DNA from: Candidatus Kaiserbacteria bacterium
Lineage (GTDB): Bacteria; Patescibacteriota; Minisyncoccia; Phycocordibacterales; UBA2100
Length of the DNA: 64,000 nt
NCBI GenBank assembly: GCA_016217925.1
Contig: JACRFK010000004.1
Coordinates: forward strand, 133,869 to 197,868
Reading direction: 5' to 3'
Shown: positions 56,715 through 64,000 of the stretch, in pieces
Layout: each line of letters opens with the position of its first letter
Position numbering within the stretch: position 1 is the first letter of the stretch
Program-made: the position numbers and the translations under genes
The notes under the pieces: model-generated
Databases searched by the model: none
The model's input: the letters and a program-made list of their open reading frames with translations, nothing else
What the model was told of the DNA's origin: nothing

Positions 56715-57092
56715 ATGGAACAAGCTTCAAACAAGAAGCAATACGACCTCGAGGAGCGGACGGCCGTTTTTGGTGAATCTGTCATCGGTCTGTGCAAACA
56801 GGTGCGACATGATGCGGTTACGAAGCCGATCGTTAATCAGTTGATCAGGTCCGGTACCAGTATCGGGGCAAACTACATGGAAGCCAACGGTGCCAGCTCA
56901 AAGCGGGACTTCATCAACAAAATCTTTATCTGCAAAAAAGAAGCTCAAGAAACGAAACACTGGCTCCGCATGCTTGCGAGTTGTTTGCCGGAAAAGGGCG
57001 TGGCGATACGTACTCTGTGGAAAGAGTGTCAGGAGCTCACCCTCATTTTTCAGAAAATTGCCGCTTCCTCGCGTTTGAAAATTGAGCCTTGA
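56715..57092 (+). CDS. four-helix-bundle protein (23S rRNA intervening-sequence protein family)
   Basis: GTSIGANYMEANGASSKRDFINKIFICKKEAQETKHWLRML is the family signature. Confidence 0.8.
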   Translation: MEQASNKKQYDLEERTAVFGESVIGLCKQVRHDAVTKPIVNQLIRSGTSIGANYMEANGASSKRDFINKIFICKKEAQETKHWLRMLASCLPEKGVAIRTLWKECQELTLIFQKIAASSRLKIEP

Positions 57093-57101
57093 GCCTTCAA
57101 T

Positions 57102-57130
57102 GAAAATTGTGAATTGTAAATTGAAAATTA
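57102..57130 (+). repeat. right AT-rich inverted repeat flanking the four-helix-bundle gene
   Basis: GAAAATTGTGAATTGTAAATTGAAAATTA, about 80% complementary to the left repeat. Confidence 0.5.
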
Positions 57131-57143
57131 ATATTCTGGTATA

Positions 57144-57773
57144 GTGTCTGTCATGGGCTTGGATACTATTTTTCTCGTCGCCGTTATCATGTTCTCCGCG
57201 ATCATCCATGAGGTGATGCACGGTGTCGCGGCCGACAAGCTCGGAGATCCGACGGCGCGCTATGCGGGGAGGCTCACGCTCAACCCCATTCCGCACCTTG
57301 ATATGTTCGGCTCTATCATCTTGCCGCTCGTGCTCGCGCTTTCGCAGTCACCGTTCTTCTTCGGCTGGGCAAAGCCGGTGCCGTACAACCCGTACAACCT
57401 TCGTCCCGGCCGTTTCTCAGAAGCCATCGTCGCCGGTGCCGGGCCTGCATCCAATCTCGTCATCGCTCTCATCGGGGGCCTCATCATTCGCTCGGGGCTT
57501 CTCTCTGCGGGGAACGACATCGTATTTCTCATCGTTGTCGTCAACGTCATGCTCTGCTTCTTCAACCTCATTCCCGTGCCGCCGCTCGACGGCTCGAAGG
57601 TACTCGCGGCGCTTTTGCCCAGGCCCTTGTCGCATGGCTACGAGGGGTGGCGGACGCGCATGGAGATGAACCCGTTCATTGGCATAGGCGTCGTTCTACT
57701 AATCGTATTCCTGCTCGGAGGGGCATTCAGCACCTTTATCTATTCAATTGCGCAGGCCATTGCGGGGGTATAA
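57144..57773 (+). CDS. site-2 protease (peptidase M50) family membrane metalloprotease
   Basis: HEVMHG zinc motif and NLIPVPPLDG second motif. Confidence 0.75.
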   Translation: MSVMGLDTIFLVAVIMFSAIIHEVMHGVAADKLGDPTARYAGRLTLNPIPHLDMFGSIILPLVLALSQSPFFFGWAKPVPYNPYNLRPGRFSEAIVAGAGPASNLVIALIGGLIIRSGLLSAGNDIVFLIVVVNVMLCFFNLIPVPPLDGSKVLAALLPRPLSHGYEGWRTRMEMNPFIGIGVVLLIVFLLGGAFSTFIYSIAQAIAGV

Positions 57774-57780
57774 TACCGCT

Positions 57781-58287
57781 ATGAGTGAAATAGATAACGA
57801 GAAGAACTTCACCAGGCGAGGGCTGTTTGCAGCGGGTGCCGCGGGCGTTGCTGCGGGCGTTCTCGGTACAAGAGCAGTTGACGCCGTGCAAAACGCAACG
57901 TCGGGGTCAACCATCCAAGAGATTCCGCAAGCGATAGGCTCGCGCGAGGAGATCGAAGGTGAGTGGATAAACGAGAAGGTCTTCATGCAGAAAGGTGTGC
58001 GGGAATTGATCGCAGCGCAACCCGAACGGATACGTTTTAATGAAGCGACAGGAGAGATACACCTCAAGGGTGATGATGGATACGAATTCGAACTGCTCCC
58101 CAAGAGTGAACTTAAGCAAGTGCGTGTCACCATGCCCGATTCCTCGACAGTTGAGTTTGCGCATGTAGACAGGAAAGGGGATGCTGAAACGGTGAGTATT
58201 CGCAGGATTTTTGATGGTACGTTCACATCGGAATCGGGCGGTTGGATGAATCGTTTTGAAGACGAAACTCTCCAAGAGAAGACTTAA
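57781..58287 (+). CDS. Tat-signal secreted hypothetical protein
   Basis: twin-arginine motif TRRGLFAAGAAGVAAGVLG; start ATG at 57781. Confidence 0.5.
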   Translation: MSEIDNEKNFTRRGLFAAGAAGVAAGVLGTRAVDAVQNATSGSTIQEIPQAIGSREEIEGEWINEKVFMQKGVRELIAAQPERIRFNEATGEIHLKGDDGYEFELLPKSELKQVRVTMPDSSTVEFAHVDRKGDAETVSIRRIFDGTFTSESGGWMNRFEDETLQEKT

Positions 58288-58469
58288 GACAAAGAGCCGC
58301 CGCCCAGTTTTCTTTCTCGAGCCATCCCTAGTACACCCCGTGAGATAAGCTAACGCGTGTTATGACGTACGTTTGAAAATACAGAATCTTTTTGAGTGCC
58401 CACAAAAACTGGACTTTTTTATCTCATGGGGTACACTCCTCGGACTCCCTTCGGGGATTTTTAATTGTC

Positions 58470-58886
58470 ATGTCGACCATAAATCAACTTACGCGTAAGG
58501 GCCGGGCAAAAAAGACCTGGCGCACGAAGACCATCGCGCTTTCGCGCGGTTTCAACACGCTCGAAAATCGCCCTTCTTTCTACTCCGCACCCTTCAAACG
58601 CGGTGTTTGCACCCGTGTGACGACTAAGACTCCCCGCAAACCGAACTCCGCTATCCGCAAAATCGCGCGCGTACGCCTCACCAACGGTATGGAAGTCACG
58701 GCCTACATTCCGGGCGAGGGCCACACTCTGCAAGAACACTCGGTCGTTCTTATCCGCGGTGGACGCGTGAAAGACATCGGTGTGCGCTACACGATAGTGC
58801 GCGGCAAATTAGATGCGACAGGCGTCGAGAAGCGTCGTCGCGGCCGCTCTAACTATGGTGCCAAGAAGCCCAAGGCTAGTAAATAG
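58470..58886 (+). CDS. rpsL: 30S ribosomal protein S12, with an ~10-aa insertion near the N-terminus
   Basis: [12 protein letters not shown] ... [58 protein letters not shown]. Confidence 0.9.
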   Translation: MSTINQLTRKGRAKKTWRTKTIALSRGFNTLENRPSFYSAPFKRGVCTRVTTKTPRKPNSAIRKIARVRLTNGMEVTAYIPGEGHTLQEHSVVLIRGGRVKDIGVRYTIVRGKLDATGVEKRRRGRSNYGAKKPKASK

Positions 58887-58907
58887 CCACTAGGGACTAG
58901 CCACTAG
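58884..58907 (+). promoter_or_regulatory. tandem TAGCCACTAG-GGAC-TAGCCACTAG motif (copy 3) between rpsL and rpsG
   Basis: begins at the rpsL TAG stop codon; inverted-complementary CTATTGGCTA lies at 58946-58955 just upstream of rpsG. Confidence 0.4.
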
Positions 58908-58968
58908 AAAATACATTCAAATTCAGAATTCACTAATCACTAACCACTATTGGCTAACTACTATTCCC

Positions 58969-59430
58969 ATGCGACGCCCCACAAAAAACAGAAAACAGCC
59001 GCAGCCGGACGAAGTGTACGGTTCGTTCAAAGTCGCGAAGCTCATCAACTACGTAATGGAACGCGGCAAGAAAGACACCGCCCGCAAAATCGTATACAAG
59101 GTGATGGAAGAATTGAAGAAAGAAGGCGATCCCGTAACTGTTCTTGAAGATGCGCTTGAGAAGGCCTCGCCATCGGTAGAGGTGCGCTCTCGCCGCGTCG
59201 GCGGTGCCAACTATCAGGTACCTCGCGAGGTGAATCCCGCCCGCAGAATGGCGCTCGGTATGCGCTGGATAGTGGAGGCCGCCGAAGGCACTAAGGGCAA
59301 GCCGATGAACGAATCTCTTCTCGCCGAAATCCTCGCCGCACACAAAGGAGAAGGCGCCGCCGTCACCAAAAAAGAGACGACGCACCGCATGGCCGAGGCC
59401 AACAAAGCCTTCGCCCACTTCGCTTGGTAA
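58969..59430 (+). CDS. rpsG: 30S ribosomal protein S7
   Basis: KFVNYVMERGKK..., VEVRSRRVGGANYQVP. Confidence 0.9.
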   Translation: MRRPTKNRKQPQPDEVYGSFKVAKLINYVMERGKKDTARKIVYKVMEELKKEGDPVTVLEDALEKASPSVEVRSRRVGGANYQVPREVNPARRMALGMRWIVEAAEGTKGKPMNESLLAEILAAHKGEGAAVTKKETTHRMAEANKAFAHFAW

Positions 59431-59436
59431 TTTTCC

Positions 59437-59946
59437 ATGCATGTTACGCGTGAGGATGCGCAGATTCTCGCCGGCAAACTGAAAGAGGCAAGTCCTCATA
59501 TTCACCATATTGAATTGTTTGGAAGCGTGCTGCGGAATGGTTTGGGGAATGATGCCGACCTTGTTCTCATCGTCGACGAAGGCATTGCACGACGGTGGTG
59601 GAATGAGATGGGGGACGAGCTGCGTGTCCGTATGGGTACGCGCTGGCTTCCTCTCAGGCGATTCATAAAAACGTACCTCACGTGGCTCGACACGATGAGC
59701 ATTCGGGGGAGGAAACATCGCCGCATCGCACGCGCGTCGGAATTACTCGGCGTCAACATCGAGAAATTGGTCACTGAGTACAAGCCCGGCGCGATGGTCG
59801 ATATCTTCCTTTTCCCTGAAACGTGGCGTACCGAAAAAACACCAAATATGTCGGTTCTATGCTCGCTTGCCGGCGTCATCCGGGACCACAAGGAAACTCG
59901 GCTTTTTTTGGAACGTACCGCGCACAGTGCTATTCGGCTCAATTAA
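59437..59946 (+). CDS. minimal nucleotidyltransferase-domain protein inserted between rpsG and fusA
   Basis: ELFGSVLRNGLGNDADLVLIVD is the GS..D.D nucleotidyltransferase signature; 169 aa. Confidence 0.55.
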   Translation: MHVTREDAQILAGKLKEASPHIHHIELFGSVLRNGLGNDADLVLIVDEGIARRWWNEMGDELRVRMGTRWLPLRRFIKTYLTWLDTMSIRGRKHRRIARASELLGVNIEKLVTEYKPGAMVDIFLFPETWRTEKTPNMSVLCSLAGVIRDHKETRLFLERTAHSAIRLN

Positions 59947-60013
59947 TCTTGCATTTCTTCGAATTTCCGTTACATTACTGAGACGCGCACAGCGCGTTTT
60001 TGTTTAAATCACT

Positions 60014-60118
60014 ATGGCACGGGATTACCCACTCGAAAAAGTCCGCAACCCCGCAGGAAAGCGCTATGCACTTCCGACGGGGCATGCTTCGGTAGCTAAC
60101 TTCGCATTAAATATATGA
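60014..60118 (+). CDS. upstream ORF (34 aa) mimicking the EF-G N-terminus; its TGA overlaps the fusA ATG (ATGA)
   Basis: [34 protein letters not shown]; 11 of its first 12 residues are identical to EF-G, with all nine compared codons synonymously different. Confidence 0.4.
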   Translation: MARDYPLEKVRNPAGKRYALPTGHASVANFALNI

Positions 60119-62256
60119 GTAGAGATTACCCGTTAGAGAAGGTGAGAAATTTTGGGATAGTAGCGCACGTGGATGCTGGCAAGACGACCACATCCGAGCG
60201 TATTTTGTATTACACGGGCGAGAGCCACAAAATCGGCGAAGTACACGAGGGCAACACGGTGACCGACTGGATGGAACAGGAGCGCGAGCGCGGCATCACC
60301 ATCACCGCCGCCGCCATTACTTGTTTCTGGAATCCTTCGTACATGGGCACCGACCTCTCGGCGAAAGTGCGCTTCAACATTATTGATACCCCCGGACACA
60401 TCGACTTCACTTCCGAAGTGAAGCGTTCCATGCGTGTGCTCGATGGCGCGGTCGTCGTCTTCGACGGCGTCGCCGGTGTCGAGCCGCAATCGGAGACCAA
60501 TTGGCGCTATGCCGAAGAAGCCAACGTGCCGCGCATCTGCTACATCAACAAACTCGACCGCACGGGCGCGTCATTCGAAAAGTCATACGCCTCTATTCTC
60601 GACCGCCTTTCCACGAAAGCCGTGCGATTCCAAATCCCCATCGGACTCGAAGAAAAATTCGAGGGCATCATTGATTTGCTTTCCATGAAGGCGTATCACT
60701 TCGAAGGCGAAATGGGAAAGAACGTCGTCGCCGGAGACATCCCCGCAAACATGATGGACGAGGCCAAGAAATATCGTCACGAACTCGTCGAACGCATCGT
60801 TGAAAATGACGATGCGGTCATGGCGGACTTCTTGGACGGCAAAGAAATTCCGCTCGACGTCCTGAAGTCGACGCTCCGCAAGGGCGTTATCGCGAATAAG
60901 ATTTTTCCCGTACTCACGGGCAGCTCTCTCAAGAACAAAGGCGTGCAGCTCGTCCTCGACGCGGTTGTCGATTATCTCCCGTCACCGAAAGACATGCCGG
61001 AATCAAAAGGAGTCAACACAGATACAGGCGCGGAGGAAACGCGTCCCGCATCCGATGAAGCACCATTTGCTGCGCTCGTTTTCAAAATTCAGACAGACCC
61101 GTTCGTCGGACAGCTCTCGTTCTTCCGCGTCTATTCGGGTACCTTTACCGCGGGCGACACAGTCTACAATTCCGCCAACAATAAGAAAGAGCGCGTCGGA
61201 CGCATCGTGCGCTTGCAGGCGGATAAGCGCGAGGACGTGAAAGAGGTCTACGCAGGCGAAATCGCCGCCGCGGTCGGCATGAAAGAAGTGAAAATCGGAC
61301 ACACACTCTGTGATGTAGCGCACCCCATCGCGCTCGAATCCATCGTCTTCCCGGAGCCCGTCGTCTCGATGCGCATTGAGCCCAACACAAAAGCCGACCA
61401 GGAAAAAATGGGTATGGCGCTTTCAAAGCTTTCTGACGAAGACCCGACCTTCCGCATCAAGTCGGACCCCGAGACGATGGAAACTATCGTATCGGGAATG
61501 GGTGAGCTCCACTTGGAAATTATCGTCGACCGCATGAAGCGCGAATTCGGCGTGCAGGCGACGACCGGCAAGCCGCAAGTCGCATACCGCGAGACCATTC
61601 AGGGTACAGCGGATGTTGAATACAAACACATCAAGCAGACGGGCGGTCGCGGTCAGTATGGCCATGTGAAAATCCGCGTGAAGCCGCTTGAGCCGGTAGA
61701 AGAAGGCAAGAAGGTCAAGAACAATGTAGAGCGCGACGACCATTTCGAGTTCATCAACAACATCAAAGGAGGCGTCATCCCGCAGGAATACATCCAGCCG
61801 GTGAAGAAGGGTCTCATCGAGGCGATGGAGCGCGGCATTCAAGCAGGATTCCCCGTTGTCGATATTTCCGTCGAGCTCTACGACGGCTCGTACCACGATG
61901 TGGACTCATCCGAAATTGCGTTCAAGCTCGCCGCCATCAACGCAATGCAGGAGGCGATGCAGAAGGCGAAGCCCGTCATCCTCGAACCGATAATGAAATT
62001 GGAGGTCGTCGTCCCGGAGAAATTCATGGGCGACGTGACGGGTATGATAAACAGCAAACGTGGCGCCATCGAGGCGATGGGCGAGCGCGGTCAGGCGCGC
62101 GTCATCACCGCGAAAGTTCCGCTTTCAGAGCTTTTCGGCTTTACCACTCAGCTCCGAAGTTTGACGGAGGGAAGAGGAGTACCGAACTTGGAGTTCTCGC
62201 ACTACGCAGTCGTACCGAAGACCGCAGCAGACGCTGTCATCGCAAGCAGGAAGTAA
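60115..62256 (+). CDS. fusA: translation elongation factor G
   Basis: G domain [21 protein letters not shown]; domains II-V; 713 aa. Confidence 0.95.
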   Translation: MSRDYPLEKVRNFGIVAHVDAGKTTTSERILYYTGESHKIGEVHEGNTVTDWMEQERERGITITAAAITCFWNPSYMGTDLSAKVRFNIIDTPGHIDFTSEVKRSMRVLDGAVVVFDGVAGVEPQSETNWRYAEEANVPRICYINKLDRTGASFEKSYASILDRLSTKAVRFQIPIGLEEKFEGIIDLLSMKAYHFEGEMGKNVVAGDIPANMMDEAKKYRHELVERIVENDDAVMADFLDGKEIPLDVLKSTLRKGVIANKIFPVLTGSSLKNKGVQLVLDAVVDYLPSPKDMPESKGVNTDTGAEETRPASDEAPFAALVFKIQTDPFVGQLSFFRVYSGTFTAGDTVYNSANNKKERVGRIVRLQADKREDVKEVYAGEIAAAVGMKEVKIGHTLCDVAHPIALESIVFPEPVVSMRIEPNTKADQEKMGMALSKLSDEDPTFRIKSDPETMETIVSGMGELHLEIIVDRMKREFGVQATTGKPQVAYRETIQGTADVEYKHIKQTGGRGQYGHVKIRVKPLEPVEEGKKVKNNVERDDHFEFINNIKGGVIPQEYIQPVKKGLIEAMERGIQAGFPVVDISVELYDGSYHDVDSSEIAFKLAAINAMQEAMQKAKPVILEPIMKLEVVVPEKFMGDVTGMINSKRGAIEAMGERGQARVITAKVPLSELFGFTTQLRSLTEGRGVPNLEFSHYAVVPKTAADAVIASRK

Positions 62257-62356
62257 CCGCCCATTTTCTTAACAAAACCCGACATGTGCACACGCCGCGT
62301 TTTGTGCATCGGTAGGGGTGTAAGATATAGGTATTACCACTAGGGGCTAATTCTCT

Positions 62357-64000
62357 ATGCTTAAAAAAATCGCGTTCACTGCAGCCGGCATCGCGTTACT
62401 CGCTTCTCCCCTCATCACGTCGGCCGACACGCTCTCCGACGTGCAAGAAAAGATCGCAGCGCTTCTTCGACAAGTCGCGCAACTCCAAGATCAACTAAGG
62501 TCGCTCAAAAGGGCGGATCCGATACCATTTGCCCGCCCCTGCCCGCAAATCCTCCGTACGCTCGACCAGGGAATCTCTGGTTCTGATGTAAAAGAATTGC
62601 AAGCGTACCTCGGCGTCTCGGAGACGGGCTACTTTGGGCCCATGACCGCCCGTGCGGTTGCCGCATTCCAAGCCGAAGAAGGACTCACGCAGGCCGGCAT
62701 CGTTGGCCCCATGACACGCGCTGCCTTCGCGCGCCGCTGCGGATGGGGCAACCGGACGTTCACCGCCTCGCCGACTTCCGGCGCGGCACCGCTTACGGTT
62801 ACATTCTCGGCGCGTGGCGGAAAGGATGCTCCTATCGACTTCGGTGACGGCTCAACGGGAACGATGACTGTGACGGGTCCGATGATGGGGTGCCCGAACG
62901 ATCAGACAGATCAGAATAATTCCGCGTGCGGCACATACGGACTTTCGGCGACGCACATCTACGCGACGGCCGGCACGTATACGGCAAAACTTAGAAAGAT
63001 TGTTGGGGTCAAGGAACTGTTCGGAGGGGGAGATCCAAATATCTACGAAGTCGTCAGCACCGTGACGATCCGGGTCGGCGGAACGGATACGTGGCCGGAG
63101 TTCTCGGTCTCGCCGACATCCGGCGTCGTCCCCCTTACTGTTACGGCAACGTTTTCACTCGGCTCGTCGTGCTCGCCGTTTACCCTCACATGGGGGGACG
63201 GTTCGAATAGCAACTATGCCGGCCCGCCGGCCGGCATGACGTGTGCGGCCGTAGTCGTATCCGGGGTTCAAAAATCGCACACCTATACAGCAGCCGGCAC
63301 ATACACCGTTACGTATCAGACGGGAGGTTCTACAGCAAAAACCGCGACGGTTACCGTCGGTCCTCGAACGGCATGTCCGGGTGCCGGATGTCCAGACCTT
63401 CCCCCAAACACACCGGGAGCTCCGGTCGTAAACGGTATTGACGGTCCGGCATCGCTCGGGGCAGGTGCGACGGGCCTATGGACCGTACGCGCGTCCGTAC
63501 CGAACAACACGAATACACAGCTTCGATACTCAGTCATCTGGGGCGACGAAGGTGTCCTCGACCAGATACGAGCATTCGGTAACGCCGCCGCGGGCGTGCT
63601 CCAGACGACAGGCACGTTCACACATGCATACGCGCGGGCGGGTACGTTCCGTCCGACATTTACAGTCTCCAACACCTTCGGCAGCGTGCAGACGGGCATG
63701 AGCGTCGTTGTTGGAGGCGATGGCGATGGCATCTGCGAACATGCAGCACCTCCCGCAGGATGCTACTGGAAGAGTGGGAATACGTGCAGTCTGGATACGC
63801 TGGTATGCGACGGCGACAACTCAACATTCTCTGCCTCGCCGACTTCAGGCGCGGCACCCCTCACCGTTATTTTCCGGTCAAGCATTGTCAACGGACTGGA
63901 AGCGTACTCGATTAATTTCGGTGACGGGGCAAGCGGCACATTCCAGAATAACTGTGCGTTCGGACTCGGCGGCTGCGGCATGCCAACCGCCATGCACACC
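62357..64000 (+). CDS. large secreted protein with peptidoglycan-binding domain and multiple PKD-like repeats (3' end outside the window)
   Basis: hand-translated: signal peptide MLKKIAFTAAGIALLASPLITSA; PG_binding_1-like LQAYLGVSETGYFGPMTARAVAAFQ; four or more repeats beginning SPTSGAAPLTV.F with DFGDG; not in the ORF track because it has no stop in the window. Confidence 0.6.
   Translation, partial: MLKKIAFTAAGIALLASPLITSADTLSDVQEKIAALLRQVAQLQDQLRSLKRADPIPFARPCPQILRTLDQGISGSDVKELQAYLGVSETGYFGPMTARAVAAFQAEEGLTQAGIVGPMTRAAFARRCGWGNRTFTASPTSGAAPLTVTFSARGGKDAPIDFGDGSTGTMTVTGPMMGCPNDQTDQNNSACGTYGLSATHIYATAGTYTAKLRKIVGVKELFGGGDPNIYEVVSTVTIRVGGTDTWPEFSVSPTSGVVPLTVTATFSLGSSCSPFTLTWGDGSNSNYAGPPAGMTCAAVVVSGVQKSHTYTAAGTYTVTYQTGGSTAKTATVTVGPRTACPGAGCPDLPPNTPGAPVVNGIDGPASLGAGATGLWTVRASVPNNTNTQLRYSVIWGDEGVLDQIRAFGNAAAGVLQTTGTFTHAYARAGTFRPTFTVSNTFGSVQTGMSVVVGGDGDGICEHAAPPAGCYWKSGNTCSLDTLVCDGDNSTFSASPTSGAAPLTVIFRSSIVNGLEAYSINFGDGASGTFQNNCAFGLGGCGMPTAMHT

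Noticed and set aside
63241-63999. Several 60-140 aa ORFs on both strands near the window end
   Set aside because: All lie inside the hand-translated PKD-repeat gene (62357-64000, frame continues off the window) in other frames.
1-64000. CRISPR arrays, rRNA genes, IS transposases
   Set aside because: No regularly spaced repeat-spacer arrays, no rRNA-like conserved blocks and no transposase-like ORFs were seen. The tandem repeats found are heptamers or hexamers inside or next to genes, not CRISPR-like.

Overview
This is a gene-dense, high-GC (roughly 55-60%) bacterial chromosomal segment. All calls below come from reading the sequence and the ORF track; no database search was run. The gene content points to a small-genome CPR/Patescibacteria-like (Parcubacteria-type) organism, but that is an inference. 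Supporting it are four TrmB-family regulators, a four-helix-bundle IVS protein, RNase Y, a trigger factor apparently lacking its PPIase domain, a split ComEC, an intein-containing Xer recombinase and type IV pilus genes. Recognisable genes are: rpsO, an FKBP-type PPIase, rarA, metA, a Xer-type tyrosine recombinase, a ProC-like reductase, the livJ-H-M-G-F branched-chain amino-acid ABC operon, xth, cca, yraN, a GTP-cyclohydrolase-II-like gene, an HtrA-like protease, hup, a sodium:solute symporter, rny, clpP, an ECF sigma factor with an anti-sigma-like partner, tig, ppa, nusA, a type IV pilus cluster (pilB, pilC, three pilin-like genes), tpiA, pgk, a HIT protein, recJ, rnhA, the ComEC channel, Fe/Mn SOD, a PlsC-like acyltransferase, a standalone ComEC-type MBL hydrolase, rpmB, a site-2 protease and rpsL-rpsG-(nucleotidyltransferase)-fusA. 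Four tRNAs are present: Arg-TCG, Gly-GCC, Pro-TGG and Gly-TCC. There is no rRNA, no CRISPR array and no recognisable transposase. The most unusual observations are these. (1) A 422-aa intein with a LAGLIDADG homing-endonuclease domain is inserted in the catalytic R-H box of the Xer recombinase. (2) Two short upstream ORFs, before xer and before fusA, copy the first 10-12 residues of the downstream protein with synonymous codon changes. Both continue with Pro-Ala-Gly and end in a TGA that overlaps the main ATG. (3) An identical heptanucleotide tandem repeat (4 copies) sits at the 5' ends of two pilin genes in opposite orientation. (4) tRNA-Pro and tRNA-Gly are each followed by a ~150-175 bp GC-rich segment ending in a direct repeat of the tRNA 3' end. 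(5) A repeated hairpin pairs the start codon and putative RBS of both tpiA and pgk with an upstream complementary arm. (6) A tandem TAGCCACTAG motif recurs next to nusA, rpsG and two other genes. (7) A cluster of DnaA-box-like sequences lies in a low-GC intergenic region.
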